Made by a program: the position numbers and the translations under genes. The notes beneath the pieces were generated by a model that worked only from the letters and a program-made list of their open reading frames with translations, was not told the origin of the DNA and made no database searches. A DNA stretch of 55,665 nucleotides, filler included, from Candidatus Hydrogenedentota bacterium (GTDB taxonomy: Bacteria > JBFMHD01), in the NCBI GenBank assembly GCA_040752395.1. It is 3 parts of 3 records of this genome, joined end to end, with 100 filler letters (N's around TTAATTAATTAA, not from the genome) between each part and the next. Parts side by side here need not be neighbours in the genome. Positions count along the whole stretch, not along the records: positions 1 to 12,429 come from JBFMHD010000069.1; positions 12,530 to 43,139 come from JBFMHD010000007.1; 1 more part is not named here. One strand, 5' to 3'. Below, piece after piece: positions 9,296-18,946 of the stretch (position 1 is its first letter; the number at the start of each line of letters is the position of its first letter).

Positions 9296-10327
9296 TCAAA
9301 GTTCAAAAAAACAGGCGTCACCATAGCTGTAAAATCTATACTTTTTATTTATTGCGTAATTATATATCTTTTTTGTTTTATCTATGCCGATTAAACTGCA
9401 GACAAGTATAAAGAGACTCGATTTTGGTAGATGAAAGTTTGTGATTAATGAGGTTATAAATCTTGGTGACCAGCCGGGTTTAATAAATAGCGATGTTTCA
9501 AAATCAAGACTGTTTTTTATCTCTTTCAAATCCCTGGTTATGCTTTCGATACAGCGTAAACTTGTTGTGCCCACGGGACAGATGCGTGTTCTGTTTATAA
9601 CGGCACTCTTAATCAGTTCTATAGTTTTATAAGGCACATGACATACTTCAGGTTGGAGAGGCTGATCTAATTTTCTTATTGGAAGAAAAGTTGCGGGTCC
9701 CACGGCTAAAGTTATATAACCGATATTCACACCCTTTTGAGTAAGCATTGATAATAACTCATTTGAAAAATGCAAACCTGCAGTCGGTGCAGCTACCGAA
9801 CCTTTTATTTTTGCAAAGACTGTTTGATAAGCTTTTTCATCCCCTTTTTCTTGTTTTCTATCTATGTATGGTGGCAGAGGCACCTCTCCGAATCGCTCAA
9901 GTGTTTCATAAAATTCGCTCTGAAAATTAAAAATAAAATGTCCTCCATCCCTATCACGTTCAACAAACTCAAAATAATTGTCTTTATCAAGATAAAGTTT
10001 CAATCCTTTTTTGAGTTTACGCGCTGGGAAGACAAGACCATAAATTTTTCTCGCTTCTTCATCAAGCATCCTGATAAACAGAAGTTCAAACATCCGGCCC
10101 CTTTCATCAGTCAGATGCATCCTCGCTTTAACCACTTTTGTATCATTTAAGATCAATAAATCATTTTTATTAAATAGGTTTAAAATGTCTTTGAATTTAT
10201 ACTCTCTGATTTCATCCGACCGGAGTGAATAATAAAGAAGTCTTGACTCATCCCTCTCTTTAAGCGGATATTTTGCTATTAGTTTCTTATCAAATTTATA
10301 ATCAAAATCATTGAGGCTGTATATCAT
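9296..10327 (-). CDS. queA: S-adenosylmethionine:tRNA ribosyltransferase-isomerase
   Basis: GEVPLPPYI, YQTVFA, GSVAAPTAGLHF, TNFHLPKS and YRFYSYGDA motifs; start moved to MIYSLNDFDY. Confidence 0.95.
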   Translation of the reverse strand: MIYSLNDFDYKFDKKLIAKYPLKERDESRLLYYSLRSDEIREYKFKDILNLFNKNDLLILNDTKVVKARMHLTDERGRMFELLFIRMLDEEARKIYGLVFPARKLKKGLKLYLDKDNYFEFVERDRDGGHFIFNFQSEFYETLERFGEVPLPPYIDRKQEKGDEKAYQTVFAKIKGSVAAPTAGLHFSNELLSMLTQKGVNIGYITLAVGPATFLPIRKLDQPLQPEVCHVPYKTIELIKSAVINRTRICPVGTTSLRCIESITRDLKEIKNSLDFETSLFIKPGWSPRFITSLITNFHLPKSSLFILVCSLIGIDKTKKIYNYAINKKYRFYSYGDACFFEL

Positions 10328-10416
10328 ACCAGCTTTTTTAGATAGTTTGAGGCACAAAGGCATGATGATACTTTCCCGGGAGACCTTTTCGTGGCTTTAA
10401 CGGTTACAAAAGTTTT

Positions 10417-11538
10417 TTAATAATATAAACGTCTGATAGATATTCCGGGAAAATAAAAATTAATAATATCCTGATAGGTATAGCCGGAATCGGCCATAAC
10501 CTTTGCACCCCATTGACTCAAGCCAACCCCATGTCCCCACCCACGCCCAACTATATATATACCATTGTCTTTAATAAAAATAGTAAACAATGAACTGCGT
10601 AATCTATCATAACCGAGAGTTTTTCTTATATCGTTTTTAGTTAATACAATCTCTCTGCCACCATCATATCTTATAATAGATTTTAATATTCTTCCTGAAG
10701 GTGATATCTCTTCTGGTATAATTTCAAGTGTAGTTGAGTTTAAATTCAATAACTTATTAATTTCAGCGAAACTTATAAAGGTCTCGAAAGTTGAGTATTC
10801 GCCTTTAAGTGAATATTCATCATTTTTTATTTCAAAATATGGTAAAGCTTCTCTTTCCCATACCTCGCTATTTAAAGCTGTTACACCACCGTTGTTAGCA
10901 CAATAATATGCTTCAGCGATCTCTTCACCATAATACATAACGAACCCGCGTGTGGCATCTACAGCAACGTTTCCTGCCTCATCTTCTGCTTCATAACCAC
11001 CATACACCTGACAATGCGGTCTGCTGCAGAAATCATAACCCTCAGAACTATGTGTATACATATTCCCTATCGCAAAGGTACGGCTGCATATAGCCTGTGC
11101 TTTAACTGCTTCTACATTCCATTTGGGATTTATCTCAAGCTTTATTATCCCTTTAATATAATCTTCTATATTATCTAAAACCTCGATAGCTATTATTTTA
11201 TTCCCGAGACAGAATAACTCGATATTCCCTCTGTATCTTCTGCTATTTATTTTTATCATAGAATTCGAGGTAAGCTTTTTTATACGGACTTTTTGTGTAT
11301 TACAGGAGACCGCATTTATTACAACATTATTATTTTTACAGACCGCTTTAATCGGATTAGGAAGTAGACCTGTATAATAACTTTTGCCAGAAGCACTTCT
11401 TATAATAATTTGTCCTATACTTTCAATTACTATTTCATCATCCTCAAATATTTTTACTTTAATATTAAAAGAATAATTCTCAGAAACAAGAGATTGAAAT
11501 ATAATTAAAAACCAGAACAAAAATTTAATTTTTATCAT
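10417..11538 (-). CDS. SpoIID/LytB-domain lytic transglycosylase, secreted
   Basis: EAVKAQAICSRTFA, HCQVYGG and GRGWGHGVGLSQWGA motifs; signal peptide. Confidence 0.9.
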   Translation of the reverse strand: MIKIKFLFWFLIIFQSLVSENYSFNIKVKIFEDDEIVIESIGQIIIRSASGKSYYTGLLPNPIKAVCKNNNVVINAVSCNTQKVRIKKLTSNSMIKINSRRYRGNIELFCLGNKIIAIEVLDNIEDYIKGIIKLEINPKWNVEAVKAQAICSRTFAIGNMYTHSSEGYDFCSRPHCQVYGGYEAEDEAGNVAVDATRGFVMYYGEEIAEAYYCANNGGVTALNSEVWEREALPYFEIKNDEYSLKGEYSTFETFISFAEINKLLNLNSTTLEIIPEEISPSGRILKSIIRYDGGREIVLTKNDIRKTLGYDRLRSSLFTIFIKDNGIYIVGRGWGHGVGLSQWGAKVMADSGYTYQDIINFYFPGISIRRLYY

Positions 11539-11547
11539 ATTAATGTT

Positions 11548-11967
11548 TTATTCGCCAATAATTTGTAAAACTATGTCTCGATTTCTTGGTCTATTATCAA
11601 AATCGCAGATTACTATCTGCTGCCAGGTTCCTAAAGTCAGTTCTCCTGAAACAACAGGAATGGTAAGCGATGCCCCCATCAGGGATGCGCGTAAATGTGA
11701 ATGTCCATTACCATCACTCCAGCGAAGATTATGTTTATAATTTTTATTTTCAGGAACAATCTTTTCCTCAACCTCTTTCAAATCGCTGATAAGACCCGAC
11801 TCATATTCAATCGTTGTAATCCCACAAGTGGAGCCTGGAATAAAAACAGTCAAGATGCCGTGTTTTATTTTTTCTTTATTGACAAATTGGGTTACTTTAG
11901 AAGTTATATCGATTATGTCACAATTCCCCTGTGTGGCTACGGAAAAAGTTGTACTTACTGCTTTCAA
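11548..11967 (-). CDS. yjbQ: YjbQ/UPF0047 family protein
   Basis: NGHSHLRASLMG and LGTWQQIVICDFD motifs. Confidence 0.9.
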   Translation of the reverse strand: MKAVSTTFSVATQGNCDIIDITSKVTQFVNKEKIKHGILTVFIPGSTCGITTIEYESGLISDLKEVEEKIVPENKNYKHNLRWSDGNGHSHLRASLMGASLTIPVVSGELTLGTWQQIVICDFDNRPRNRDIVLQIIGE

Positions 11968-11978
11968 TTTTTAATTCC

Positions 11979-12314
11979 TCATTTTCCTTCTTTTTTTTTG
12001 CAGCTCACGCATTTTGTTGCATAGGGTACAGACTCGAGTCTCTCTTTTTCAATATCTTTTCCGCACTCAATGCATTTACCATACGACCCGTCTTTTATTT
12101 TATTCAAGGCGAGCTCAATTAATCTGATACGTTCATTATCACCGGCGGATAAGCCCTGTTCAACAACCTTTATAGAAGACGAAGAAGCCATATCAACTAA
12201 ATCCTGAACATCATCATCGTCAGTCGATGGTAATTCAGCACCTGAATCTTTACGTAACTTTTGAAGTTCTTCCTGGAGAATTTTTTCATAGTGTTTCAAA
12301 TCTTTCTTATCCAT
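11979..12314 (-). CDS. DksA/TraR C4 zinc-finger protein
   Basis: DxxDxA (DLVDMA) and YGKCIECGKDIEKERLESVPYATKCVSC. Confidence 0.9.
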   Translation of the reverse strand: MDKKDLKHYEKILQEELQKLRKDSGAELPSTDDDDVQDLVDMASSSSIKVVEQGLSAGDNERIRLIELALNKIKDGSYGKCIECGKDIEKERLESVPYATKCVSCKKKEGK

Positions 12315-12334
12315 AATTAACTCCTCTGATAAAA

Positions 12335-12429
12335 AGCAAGAGACAAGAAGCCAGAAGCAAGATAACGAAAAAGAAAGATAACGAAAGAAGCAAGAAGCAA
12401 GATAACGGAAGAAGTGAGAGGTGTCAGGA
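12335..12429 (+). repeat. Modular intergenic repeat at the contig end
   Basis: Tandem AGCAAGA and GATAACG units followed by GAAGAAGTGAG; the contig breaks inside it. Confidence 0.8.
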
Positions 12430-12529
12430 NNNNNNNNNNNNNNNNNNNNNNNNNNNNNNNNNNNNNNNNNNNNTTAATTAATTAANNNNNNNNNNNNNNN
12501 NNNNNNNNNNNNNNNNNNNNNNNNNNNNN
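12430..12529. other. Artificial contig linker
   Basis: N runs around TTAATTAATTAA, which gives stops in all six frames. Confidence 0.98.
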
Positions 12530-12530
12530 C

Positions 12531-12662
12531 GATGAAACAAATCAACGGCTTAATACTTTATATGAAGTAATTGTCCGACGTGAGGAACATGAAAAGATCG
12601 CAATGGAAGTTATAAAGCTCAGGCAGGACGTTGATATGCTTCTTAGAAAAATTGCTGTATAA
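12531..12662 (+). CDS. 3' end of a coiled-coil heptad-repeat protein (partial)
   Basis: DETNQRLNTLYEVIVRREEHEKIAMEVIKLRQDVDMLLRKIAV*, open from the contig edge. Confidence 0.6.
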   Translation, partial: DETNQRLNTLYEVIVRREEHEKIAMEVIKLRQDVDMLLRKIAV

Positions 12663-12748
12663 TAGATTGTACAATCTGAAAAATAAAAATTACATACCTG
12701 CACAAAAATATTTTTTACTTAAAAAATAGCTTGAGAGTTTAATGATGT

Positions 12749-14965
12749 TTAAGACTGGATTTTAGGTGCTGTAGTATCTTCTTTGGGTACTTCATAATAC
12801 TGAAACGCGAGTTCCTCTTCGTCTTTATCACCATAATAAGCATAATGATAAGAATAGTAATAGGATGGTCCCATCTCACCTTCGGGCTGCATATAATTAA
12901 GACATACACCCCATATATTTCCACCAACATTTGATATGAGCTCCTTAGACCGAAGCACAGCTTCTCTTGCAGCCCTTTTATAAAAATATACAAGAAGAAC
13001 ACCATCAGTCTTAGAAGTAAGTATACAGGCATCTGTAACTGGTATAATAGGTGGAGAGTCAAAAAGAACCTTATCGTATTCTGCCCAAGCCTCTTTTATA
13101 AAATCATCCATTTTAGCACTTGAGAGTAATTCCGCAGGATTCGGAGGCAAAGGTCCTGAGGAGATAAAATAAAGATTATTTATACCAGTACTAAGAACCA
13201 GCTCCCGCCATTCCGCACCACCAACAAGATAATTTACTATACCAGGGTCACGCTGAAAACCAAAGAATTTATGAATAGCCGGCCTTCTTAGATTTGTGCT
13301 TACAATCAGAGTTTTATAACCCATATTCGCCATCAGGATACCAAGATTGACAAGGGTTGTAGTTTTGCCTTCTTGAGGTCCCGAACTGGTAACAGTAAGA
13401 GTTTTATATCTATCCTTAAAACCAATAAATTGTAGATTCGTTCTAAGGGTTCTGTAACTTTCAGATACTATGGATTTAGGTTCAAAATAAGTCACAAGTA
13501 ACGGTGAGAACGGCTCTTTTTCTGTTTCTTTTTCTTGCTTTCCAACAAGCGCAGGACTGTCCTGAATATTTATTCTTGGTATAACGCCAAGTACAGGTAT
13601 CCCAAGAAGATCTTCCACCTCTTCAACAGTACCTATTGAGGTATCAAGACTCTCAACAAGAAATGAAAATGCGATACCGATTATTAAACCAATTAAAAGA
13701 CCAACGAAATATGTAACATTTTTAGATAGCCCGCCTCTTACAGTGCCTAAATTAGCAAGATCAACAATAACTACCCCTGAATCATCACCAAACAATTGAG
13801 AGTCGTACAATTTGGTGTTTAATAATTTCCATAACGTTGAATTTTTCTCAACCTTGAACTCCTGGTATGCCGTGGCAATATATGGGTCCTGAAGTGATTC
13901 TTTATCCAGTTTGTTTTTAATATCATCTAAAAGTTTATTTACTTCAGTCTCTTTCTTTAATGTCCTGTTAACCCGATCATCTATGAGCTGTATCTGTACT
14001 TGGAGTTCGTCATATAAATCAGATTTTACTCTTTCTAAATTACTTTTTGCCTTCTCAACCTGTGGGTGTATCTCGGTATATATATCATTAACTCTGTTAA
14101 ACTCCTTTAAAGCTGATACATACTGTGAACGATATTCATTCAAAATTTGATCAATCGAAGATTCGCCTGTGCGGAACAAGGGGATTTCACCCTCTACCTC
14201 CATATTCTTTTGTAAGTTATTTAAAACATTAATTAATCTATTTCTTTCTTCAGCTATTTTTGCTATTTCATTACTGTATTTAACATAGTCTTCAAATAAA
14301 GAAAGCTGTTCTGCAGAAAGCCTCCACTCATTCGCAGCATACTCAATCTCACTTGTTATAAATTCTCTGGTACGTTGCTGAAGATTGATCCTATCCTCTG
14401 ACTCAACTCTTATATATGCTTCAGCAACACTATTAGCTATGGCTGAAGAAATGAGAGGGTCTTTAAATGATGCTGTTATTATAATATAATTGGTTTTCGG
14501 GTCCCGACTAACATAAATACTATTTCTAATAATTTCTGACTTTTGAATAATAGCCTTTGCTCTTTCTTCATCATTAAGGTTTTTATCTATTAAAAAATAA
14601 GCAATTATTTTCTCTATCTGTTGCGGAGTATATATTTTAATGTATTTATCTTTGCCTATCTGGGTCAATTGAGACAAATCAACCAATATACTTAATGCCT
14701 CTTTCGCTACCCTTTTTGATTGAATTATCTGCATAGCAGTTTGAATACTGCTCTCAAGCCTGATTACAGGTCTTCCTAATACATTCTGCTGTATCGCACC
14801 ACCTGTTTTGAATTCTATTGAAGCAGAACTATAATAAGTTGGTTTTTGTTTTAATATAATTAAATGGGATACAATTATAGCCGTTACTATTGAAAAAACT
14901 ACTAACCATTTCCGTCGAAATAAAACATTTAAATAATCTCTAATTGTTGGTTCTGCTCTTTTCAT
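12749..14965 (-). CDS. wzc: Wzc-type polysaccharide co-polymerase / BY tyrosine kinase
   Basis: Two TM segments around a coiled coil, SESYRTLRTNL, Walker A GPQEGKT, Walker B FDSPP and Tyr cluster YYYSYHYAYY. Confidence 0.88.
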   Translation of the reverse strand: MKRAEPTIRDYLNVLFRRKWLVVFSIVTAIIVSHLIILKQKPTYYSSASIEFKTGGAIQQNVLGRPVIRLESSIQTAMQIIQSKRVAKEALSILVDLSQLTQIGKDKYIKIYTPQQIEKIIAYFLIDKNLNDEERAKAIIQKSEIIRNSIYVSRDPKTNYIIITASFKDPLISSAIANSVAEAYIRVESEDRINLQQRTREFITSEIEYAANEWRLSAEQLSLFEDYVKYSNEIAKIAEERNRLINVLNNLQKNMEVEGEIPLFRTGESSIDQILNEYRSQYVSALKEFNRVNDIYTEIHPQVEKAKSNLERVKSDLYDELQVQIQLIDDRVNRTLKKETEVNKLLDDIKNKLDKESLQDPYIATAYQEFKVEKNSTLWKLLNTKLYDSQLFGDDSGVVIVDLANLGTVRGGLSKNVTYFVGLLIGLIIGIAFSFLVESLDTSIGTVEEVEDLLGIPVLGVIPRINIQDSPALVGKQEKETEKEPFSPLLVTYFEPKSIVSESYRTLRTNLQFIGFKDRYKTLTVTSSGPQEGKTTTLVNLGILMANMGYKTLIVSTNLRRPAIHKFFGFQRDPGIVNYLVGGAEWRELVLSTGINNLYFISSGPLPPNPAELLSSAKMDDFIKEAWAEYDKVLFDSPPIIPVTDACILTSKTDGVLLVYFYKRAAREAVLRSKELISNVGGNIWGVCLNYMQPEGEMGPSYYYSYHYAYYGDKDEEELAFQYYEVPKEDTTAPKIQS

Positions 14966-15026
14966 TTCTCACTTCTTCCCTCTGTCTCCTCTCTTCTATT
15001 ATTATTCATTATCTTCCCAATCTCTT

Positions 15027-15809
15027 TTAATTATCGGTTTTCCCATCAAATTCCTTTATAATATTAAAATAACAAATTAGGCCCTGTAATGTCAAGTTAA
15101 AATTTATACAATTTACCTCTAAATAGGATTTAATACTACTAAACATTCCACCTGTCCCCCAAATATAATAGTTCTTTACTATCTTCCTTATATCATTAAT
15201 AAAACCGTTTATAGTATAAATCTGGGACCTTATGACACCTATTTGAATATTCTCATTAGTAGTGTTGCCGAAATACAAGAGAAGTCTTTTTTGTGGCTCA
15301 GTTACCAATCCGAGTTTTGAGGTAAATACATCAAGCGATTTAAAAGAAGTCATTATACCGGGGAAAATAACACCACCTATATACTTTCCTTTTTCATTAA
15401 TAATGTCAAATGTAGTTGCTGTTCCTGCATCTATAACAATCGCCGGATATCTTCTCGTTTTCACAATGTATAAAACATTACATATCCTGTCAGCACCAAG
15501 TTCATAAGGACAAGGGATTGAGATAAACTCTCTCACTTTTTCATAACTAACAAATTCAATGATAAAATGCTCATCTCCTTTTAAAAATTCTTTAAGTAAA
15601 ATATCAATCTCAGGCACAACAGAAGAGATTATAACCTTCTTTAATAGATACTCTCTTTTTAGTGCTACCACTGTATTTATTAAGCTTTGGGGAAGTTTAT
15701 CTTTAACAGTTTCTATAGTTACTTTTTTTAAAATTCTACCATAATTGTCACCTACAGCTATATCGGTATTACTATTCCCAATATCCATAAGAAGTAATTT
15801 TTCAATCAT
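15027..15809 (-). CDS. coaX: Type III pantothenate kinase
   Basis: DIGNSNT, SSVVP, LGADR and IDAGTATTFD motifs. Confidence 0.93.
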   Translation of the reverse strand: MIEKLLLMDIGNSNTDIAVGDNYGRILKKVTIETVKDKLPQSLINTVVALKREYLLKKVIISSVVPEIDILLKEFLKGDEHFIIEFVSYEKVREFISIPCPYELGADRICNVLYIVKTRRYPAIVIDAGTATTFDIINEKGKYIGGVIFPGIMTSFKSLDVFTSKLGLVTEPQKRLLLYFGNTTNENIQIGVIRSQIYTINGFINDIRKIVKNYYIWGTGGMFSSIKSYLEVNCINFNLTLQGLICYFNIIKEFDGKTDN

Positions 15810-16393
15810 AATTCAGTGTCAAAAAATTTTTTTATCTTTTTTAAAATATTTATAAAGATATTTGTAATATCAGCATCTGTATAGTCACATAAACGCGAAT
15901 ATTCAAAATTCGGGACGCAACCACCAGTTTTTCTGATAATATTATAATAATTCATTCCAATACCTATAACAAGTCTTTTTATATATTTTGAATCAGACTG
16001 CGTTTCAAGGAGTATCCCGCAGGCTTTTTTACCGTCAATATATATATCATTCGGTTCCTTAATATAAGTTATAATATCTTTTTTTATCAGGGTTTTTATA
16101 ACATCGTAGACTTTTTTTGTAATGGGTTTAACTAAGGTATCTGCAGTTTCGAGCTTCATCTTTTTTATGATACCGATACTGAACCATAATCCGCCAGAAG
16201 GGCTTAACCATTCTCTTCCAAACCTGCCCCTGCCATATCTCTGTATCTTACTCGCAACACATATAACTCTATCCTCACCTGTTTTAAGAAGTTTAAATAC
16301 TTCATCCTGGGTACTATTACACTCTGAAAGTAAAACTACTTTAATATCATCACCGATTTCTTTTCCAACTTTTTTCTTATCAATCCATCTCAC
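15806..16393 (-). CDS. birA: Biotin protein ligase (no HTH, short)
   Basis: STQD, QRYGRGRFGREW, PNDI and KACGILLE motifs. Likely GTG start at 16393 after GAGGT. Confidence 0.85.
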   Translation of the reverse strand: MRWIDKKKVGKEIGDDIKVVLLSECNSTQDEVFKLLKTGEDRVICVASKIQRYGRGRFGREWLSPSGGLWFSIGIIKKMKLETADTLVKPITKKVYDVIKTLIKKDIITYIKEPNDIYIDGKKACGILLETQSDSKYIKRLVIGIGMNYYNIIRKTGGCVPNFEYSRLCDYTDADITNIFINILKKIKKFFDTEL

Positions 16394-16496
16394 TTTTTTT
16401 ACCTCTATACTGCAATTCAGACAGTAGACTTGAATCACAGAATCTCCTGCATAAATAGAGTCTATAGTCTTGTGTCTGATGCCCCGTGTCTGAATC

Positions 16497-16838
16497 TCAG
16501 TAGTCCCATCGTGGTAAATCTGCAAATAAATCTTCTATAGCATAATATTCTCTTACAGCTGGTAAAAATAAATGTATAATGATATCATAACAATCTATTA
16601 AAATCCATTCACTTTGTTTTTCTCCTTCAATATGATGTATCTTGATTTTATTTTTATTCAGTTCTTCAACAAGTAATTTAGCGAGTGACCTATTATGGAT
16701 GGTGTTTTGTGTATTAGCTATTACAAAGTAGTCACAAAAATATACAAATCCTCTTAAATCTATTACTGTAACTTTCTCTCCCTTTTTTGATATAATAAAA
16801 TTAATTATCTTTTCCATGACATTGTTATTAAAATTCAT
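16497..16838 (-). CDS. rsfS: Ribosome silencing factor
   Basis: DYFVIA, WILIDCYDIIIHLF and REYYAIEDLF motifs; nadD-yqeK synteny. Confidence 0.92.
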   Translation of the reverse strand: MNFNNNVMEKIINFIISKKGEKVTVIDLRGFVYFCDYFVIANTQNTIHNRSLAKLLVEELNKNKIKIHHIEGEKQSEWILIDCYDIIIHLFLPAVREYYAIEDLFADLPRWDY

Positions 16839-17665
16839 TTAAGCTTATCCTTTAATCTATCTATAGCCGGCAAAAGCAATTTTTTCTCCTTTTTTACTGG
16901 GAAATTAGAGACCTGTATATTCTCTTTTTTAAAATTCGATATGTATTTTGAGACCTGCTTATAGTCATTTTTTTTCAAAAACGTTTGTATAAAACTCTTT
17001 TTGTCTGAATCGATAATTGTTTTTCCTATAGTTTCTACCAACCTCTCATCAATTTTACCACCATTATTAAGGTAAAGCATAAAAGTTGTAGCATCAATCT
17101 CAACACCATCCTTTAATGTCTTCCACTTTAATTTAATATCCTTGTTTAACTTGATTTTAAGAGGTCCCAGGATACCAATAAATTTAACCAAATCTTGTTC
17201 ATTGAGACTAAAGTATTTGAGATCCTTAATCTTAAGCCATTCGTTTATTTTATCACATATTAACCGGTAATTTTTACTCTCTGAAGCATTACTTAACGTT
17301 ATCTCATTTTCTATTACCATATCAGCTGGCATCTTTAGTATTTTACATTTGCCTTCTTGATCAAGAACAAACAATACAGCATATACCAGTTTGTCATTCT
17401 GAAGAATATCAAGATACATTACGGTTTGATCAAACCTTGTTTCTGTCAGTTTCTTAAAAATATTTTTGAAATCCATGTTGACTAAAACCATAATAGAACT
17501 GATAAGAAATGTTATGCCAATAAAACTATATATAAAATATTTAAAAATTATTCTCTGATTATAAAATAAAAAATCTAATATTTGATTTGTTAATTTATTC
17601 AATCTTCTTTTTAATTTTGCTCCTTTGGGCTGTGGTACTTTATAGATTGTCATGTAATCTCTCAC
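16835..17665 (-). CDS. Divergent LCP (LytR-CpsA-Psr)-like membrane protein
   Basis: Single N-terminal TM segment, weak similarity (KMPAD, LVKFIGILGPL), and the position between yqeK and rsfS where LCP genes often occur. Confidence 0.45.
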   Translation of the reverse strand: MRDYMTIYKVPQPKGAKLKRRLNKLTNQILDFLFYNQRIIFKYFIYSFIGITFLISSIMVLVNMDFKNIFKKLTETRFDQTVMYLDILQNDKLVYAVLFVLDQEGKCKILKMPADMVIENEITLSNASESKNYRLICDKINEWLKIKDLKYFSLNEQDLVKFIGILGPLKIKLNKDIKLKWKTLKDGVEIDATTFMLYLNNGGKIDERLVETIGKTIIDSDKKSFIQTFLKKNDYKQVSKYISNFKKENIQVSNFPVKKEKKLLLPAIDRLKDKLK

Positions 17666-17747
17666 TTATAAGTGGAGAAGAAGTGGGAAGTATCAGAAAA
17701 AAGAAGCAAGATAACGAAACTCTGCCGAAGACAGAGGCATTACGTTG

Positions 17748-18314
17748 TCATTTTAATCTGTTTTCTATATATTTTCTAAAATTTAAGGTTGCTGGATGTA
17801 TGGTTTTCCCTTTCTTTTTAATATGCTTCATCTTTTTATTAATCGTCAAGTAAGCTGTTTTATATAAATCTTTACTTGAGAGTTTTCTCAGTTCTTCTAA
17901 ACTATCGAATTTTCGGCCGGGCTCTATAAAGTCCGAGATATAAATTAAAATACTCAAATCACCTGGCCGATTACTCCCTGTGGTATGCTCTCTTATAGCC
18001 TTTAATATATCTCTGTCTTTTATACCATAAACTTTTTTAGCTAATACACTACCTACTATTGAATGCCATACTGAAGATATATTCTGCTCATATTTATCAA
18101 GTCTGATCTTATGCTTCTTTATTAGTTCTCTTAATTCTTCTTTATTAAAATCTCTCGCACAATCGTGTAGTAAACCACTGATATAAGCTTTGTCTTCATT
18201 GATATGATGTTTGCGGGCTAAATTTCGTGCGGTTTTGGAAACCCCAAGTGAATGCCTGTATAACTCTTCAGATAATTCTCGCTTTAATCGCTGTTTCAAT
18301 ACTTTATAATCCAT
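17748..18314 (-). CDS. yqeK: YqeK HD-domain Ap4A hydrolase
   Basis: RHSLGV, GLLHDCAR, HTTG and DFIEPGR motifs. Confidence 0.9.
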   Translation of the reverse strand: MDYKVLKQRLKRELSEELYRHSLGVSKTARNLARKHHINEDKAYISGLLHDCARDFNKEELRELIKKHKIRLDKYEQNISSVWHSIVGSVLAKKVYGIKDRDILKAIREHTTGSNRPGDLSILIYISDFIEPGRKFDSLEELRKLSSKDLYKTAYLTINKKMKHIKKKGKTIHPATLNFRKYIENRLK

Positions 18315-18885
18315 ATAAATGATTCTTTTTTATATAATCAAAAATACCATCTGGTAATAGATATCTGCAACTTTTATCTACCAAAATAGATTTTCTTATT
18401 TCTGAAGATGAAATATTAATCTCGGTTTTAGAAATAAATATAGTTCTATCGTTTGATCGGATATTCCTGACATTTAAACCGGGCCGCTTAAAAATCACTA
18501 ATCTGCAACTTTTTATAATCTCTTCGTAATCTTTCCAATTCCTTAAATCATAGAAAGAATCAAGTCCAAGTATTAGATATAAATCAGAATCCGAAAAATT
18601 TTTTTTTAGTTTTTTTAATACTTCTATCGTATAAGTATAACCCTTTATCTTTTTTGCAATCTCAGAAACTTTAAATCTTCTCTCCTTTTTTACAGCAATC
18701 TTTAACATATCTAACCTGCGAATATAATCAGCATTATATTTTTTGGTTTTTTTATACGGGGATTTTAAATCAGGCACAAATAAAATATAATCAAGTTTAA
18801 GATTTGTAAGTGCATAATCAGCTATGTGTAAATGGCCAATATGTACAGGGTCAAAACTGCCACCCAAAACACCGATCTTTCTCAT
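18304..18885 (-). CDS. nadD: Nicotinate-nucleotide adenylyltransferase
   Basis: GGSFDPVHIGH and ISSSEIR motifs. Confidence 0.95.
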   Translation of the reverse strand: MRKIGVLGGSFDPVHIGHLHIADYALTNLKLDYILFVPDLKSPYKKTKKYNADYIRRLDMLKIAVKKERRFKVSEIAKKIKGYTYTIEVLKKLKKNFSDSDLYLILGLDSFYDLRNWKDYEEIIKSCRLVIFKRPGLNVRNIRSNDRTIFISKTEINISSSEIRKSILVDKSCRYLLPDGIFDYIKKNHLYGL

Positions 18886-18946
18886 TTACCACGTATCCAT
18901 AGTCTTCATCTTGCTTCTTGCCTCTTGCCTCTTGCTTCTATGAGAA

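Noticed and set aside
12430-12529. TTAATTAATTAA palindrome within N runs (also 43140-43239)
   Set aside because: Artificial six-frame-stop linker between contigs.
16394-16525. N-terminal extension of BirA as a novel domain
   Set aside because: It overlaps rsfS and a heptamer repeat; GTG 16393 has an RBS.
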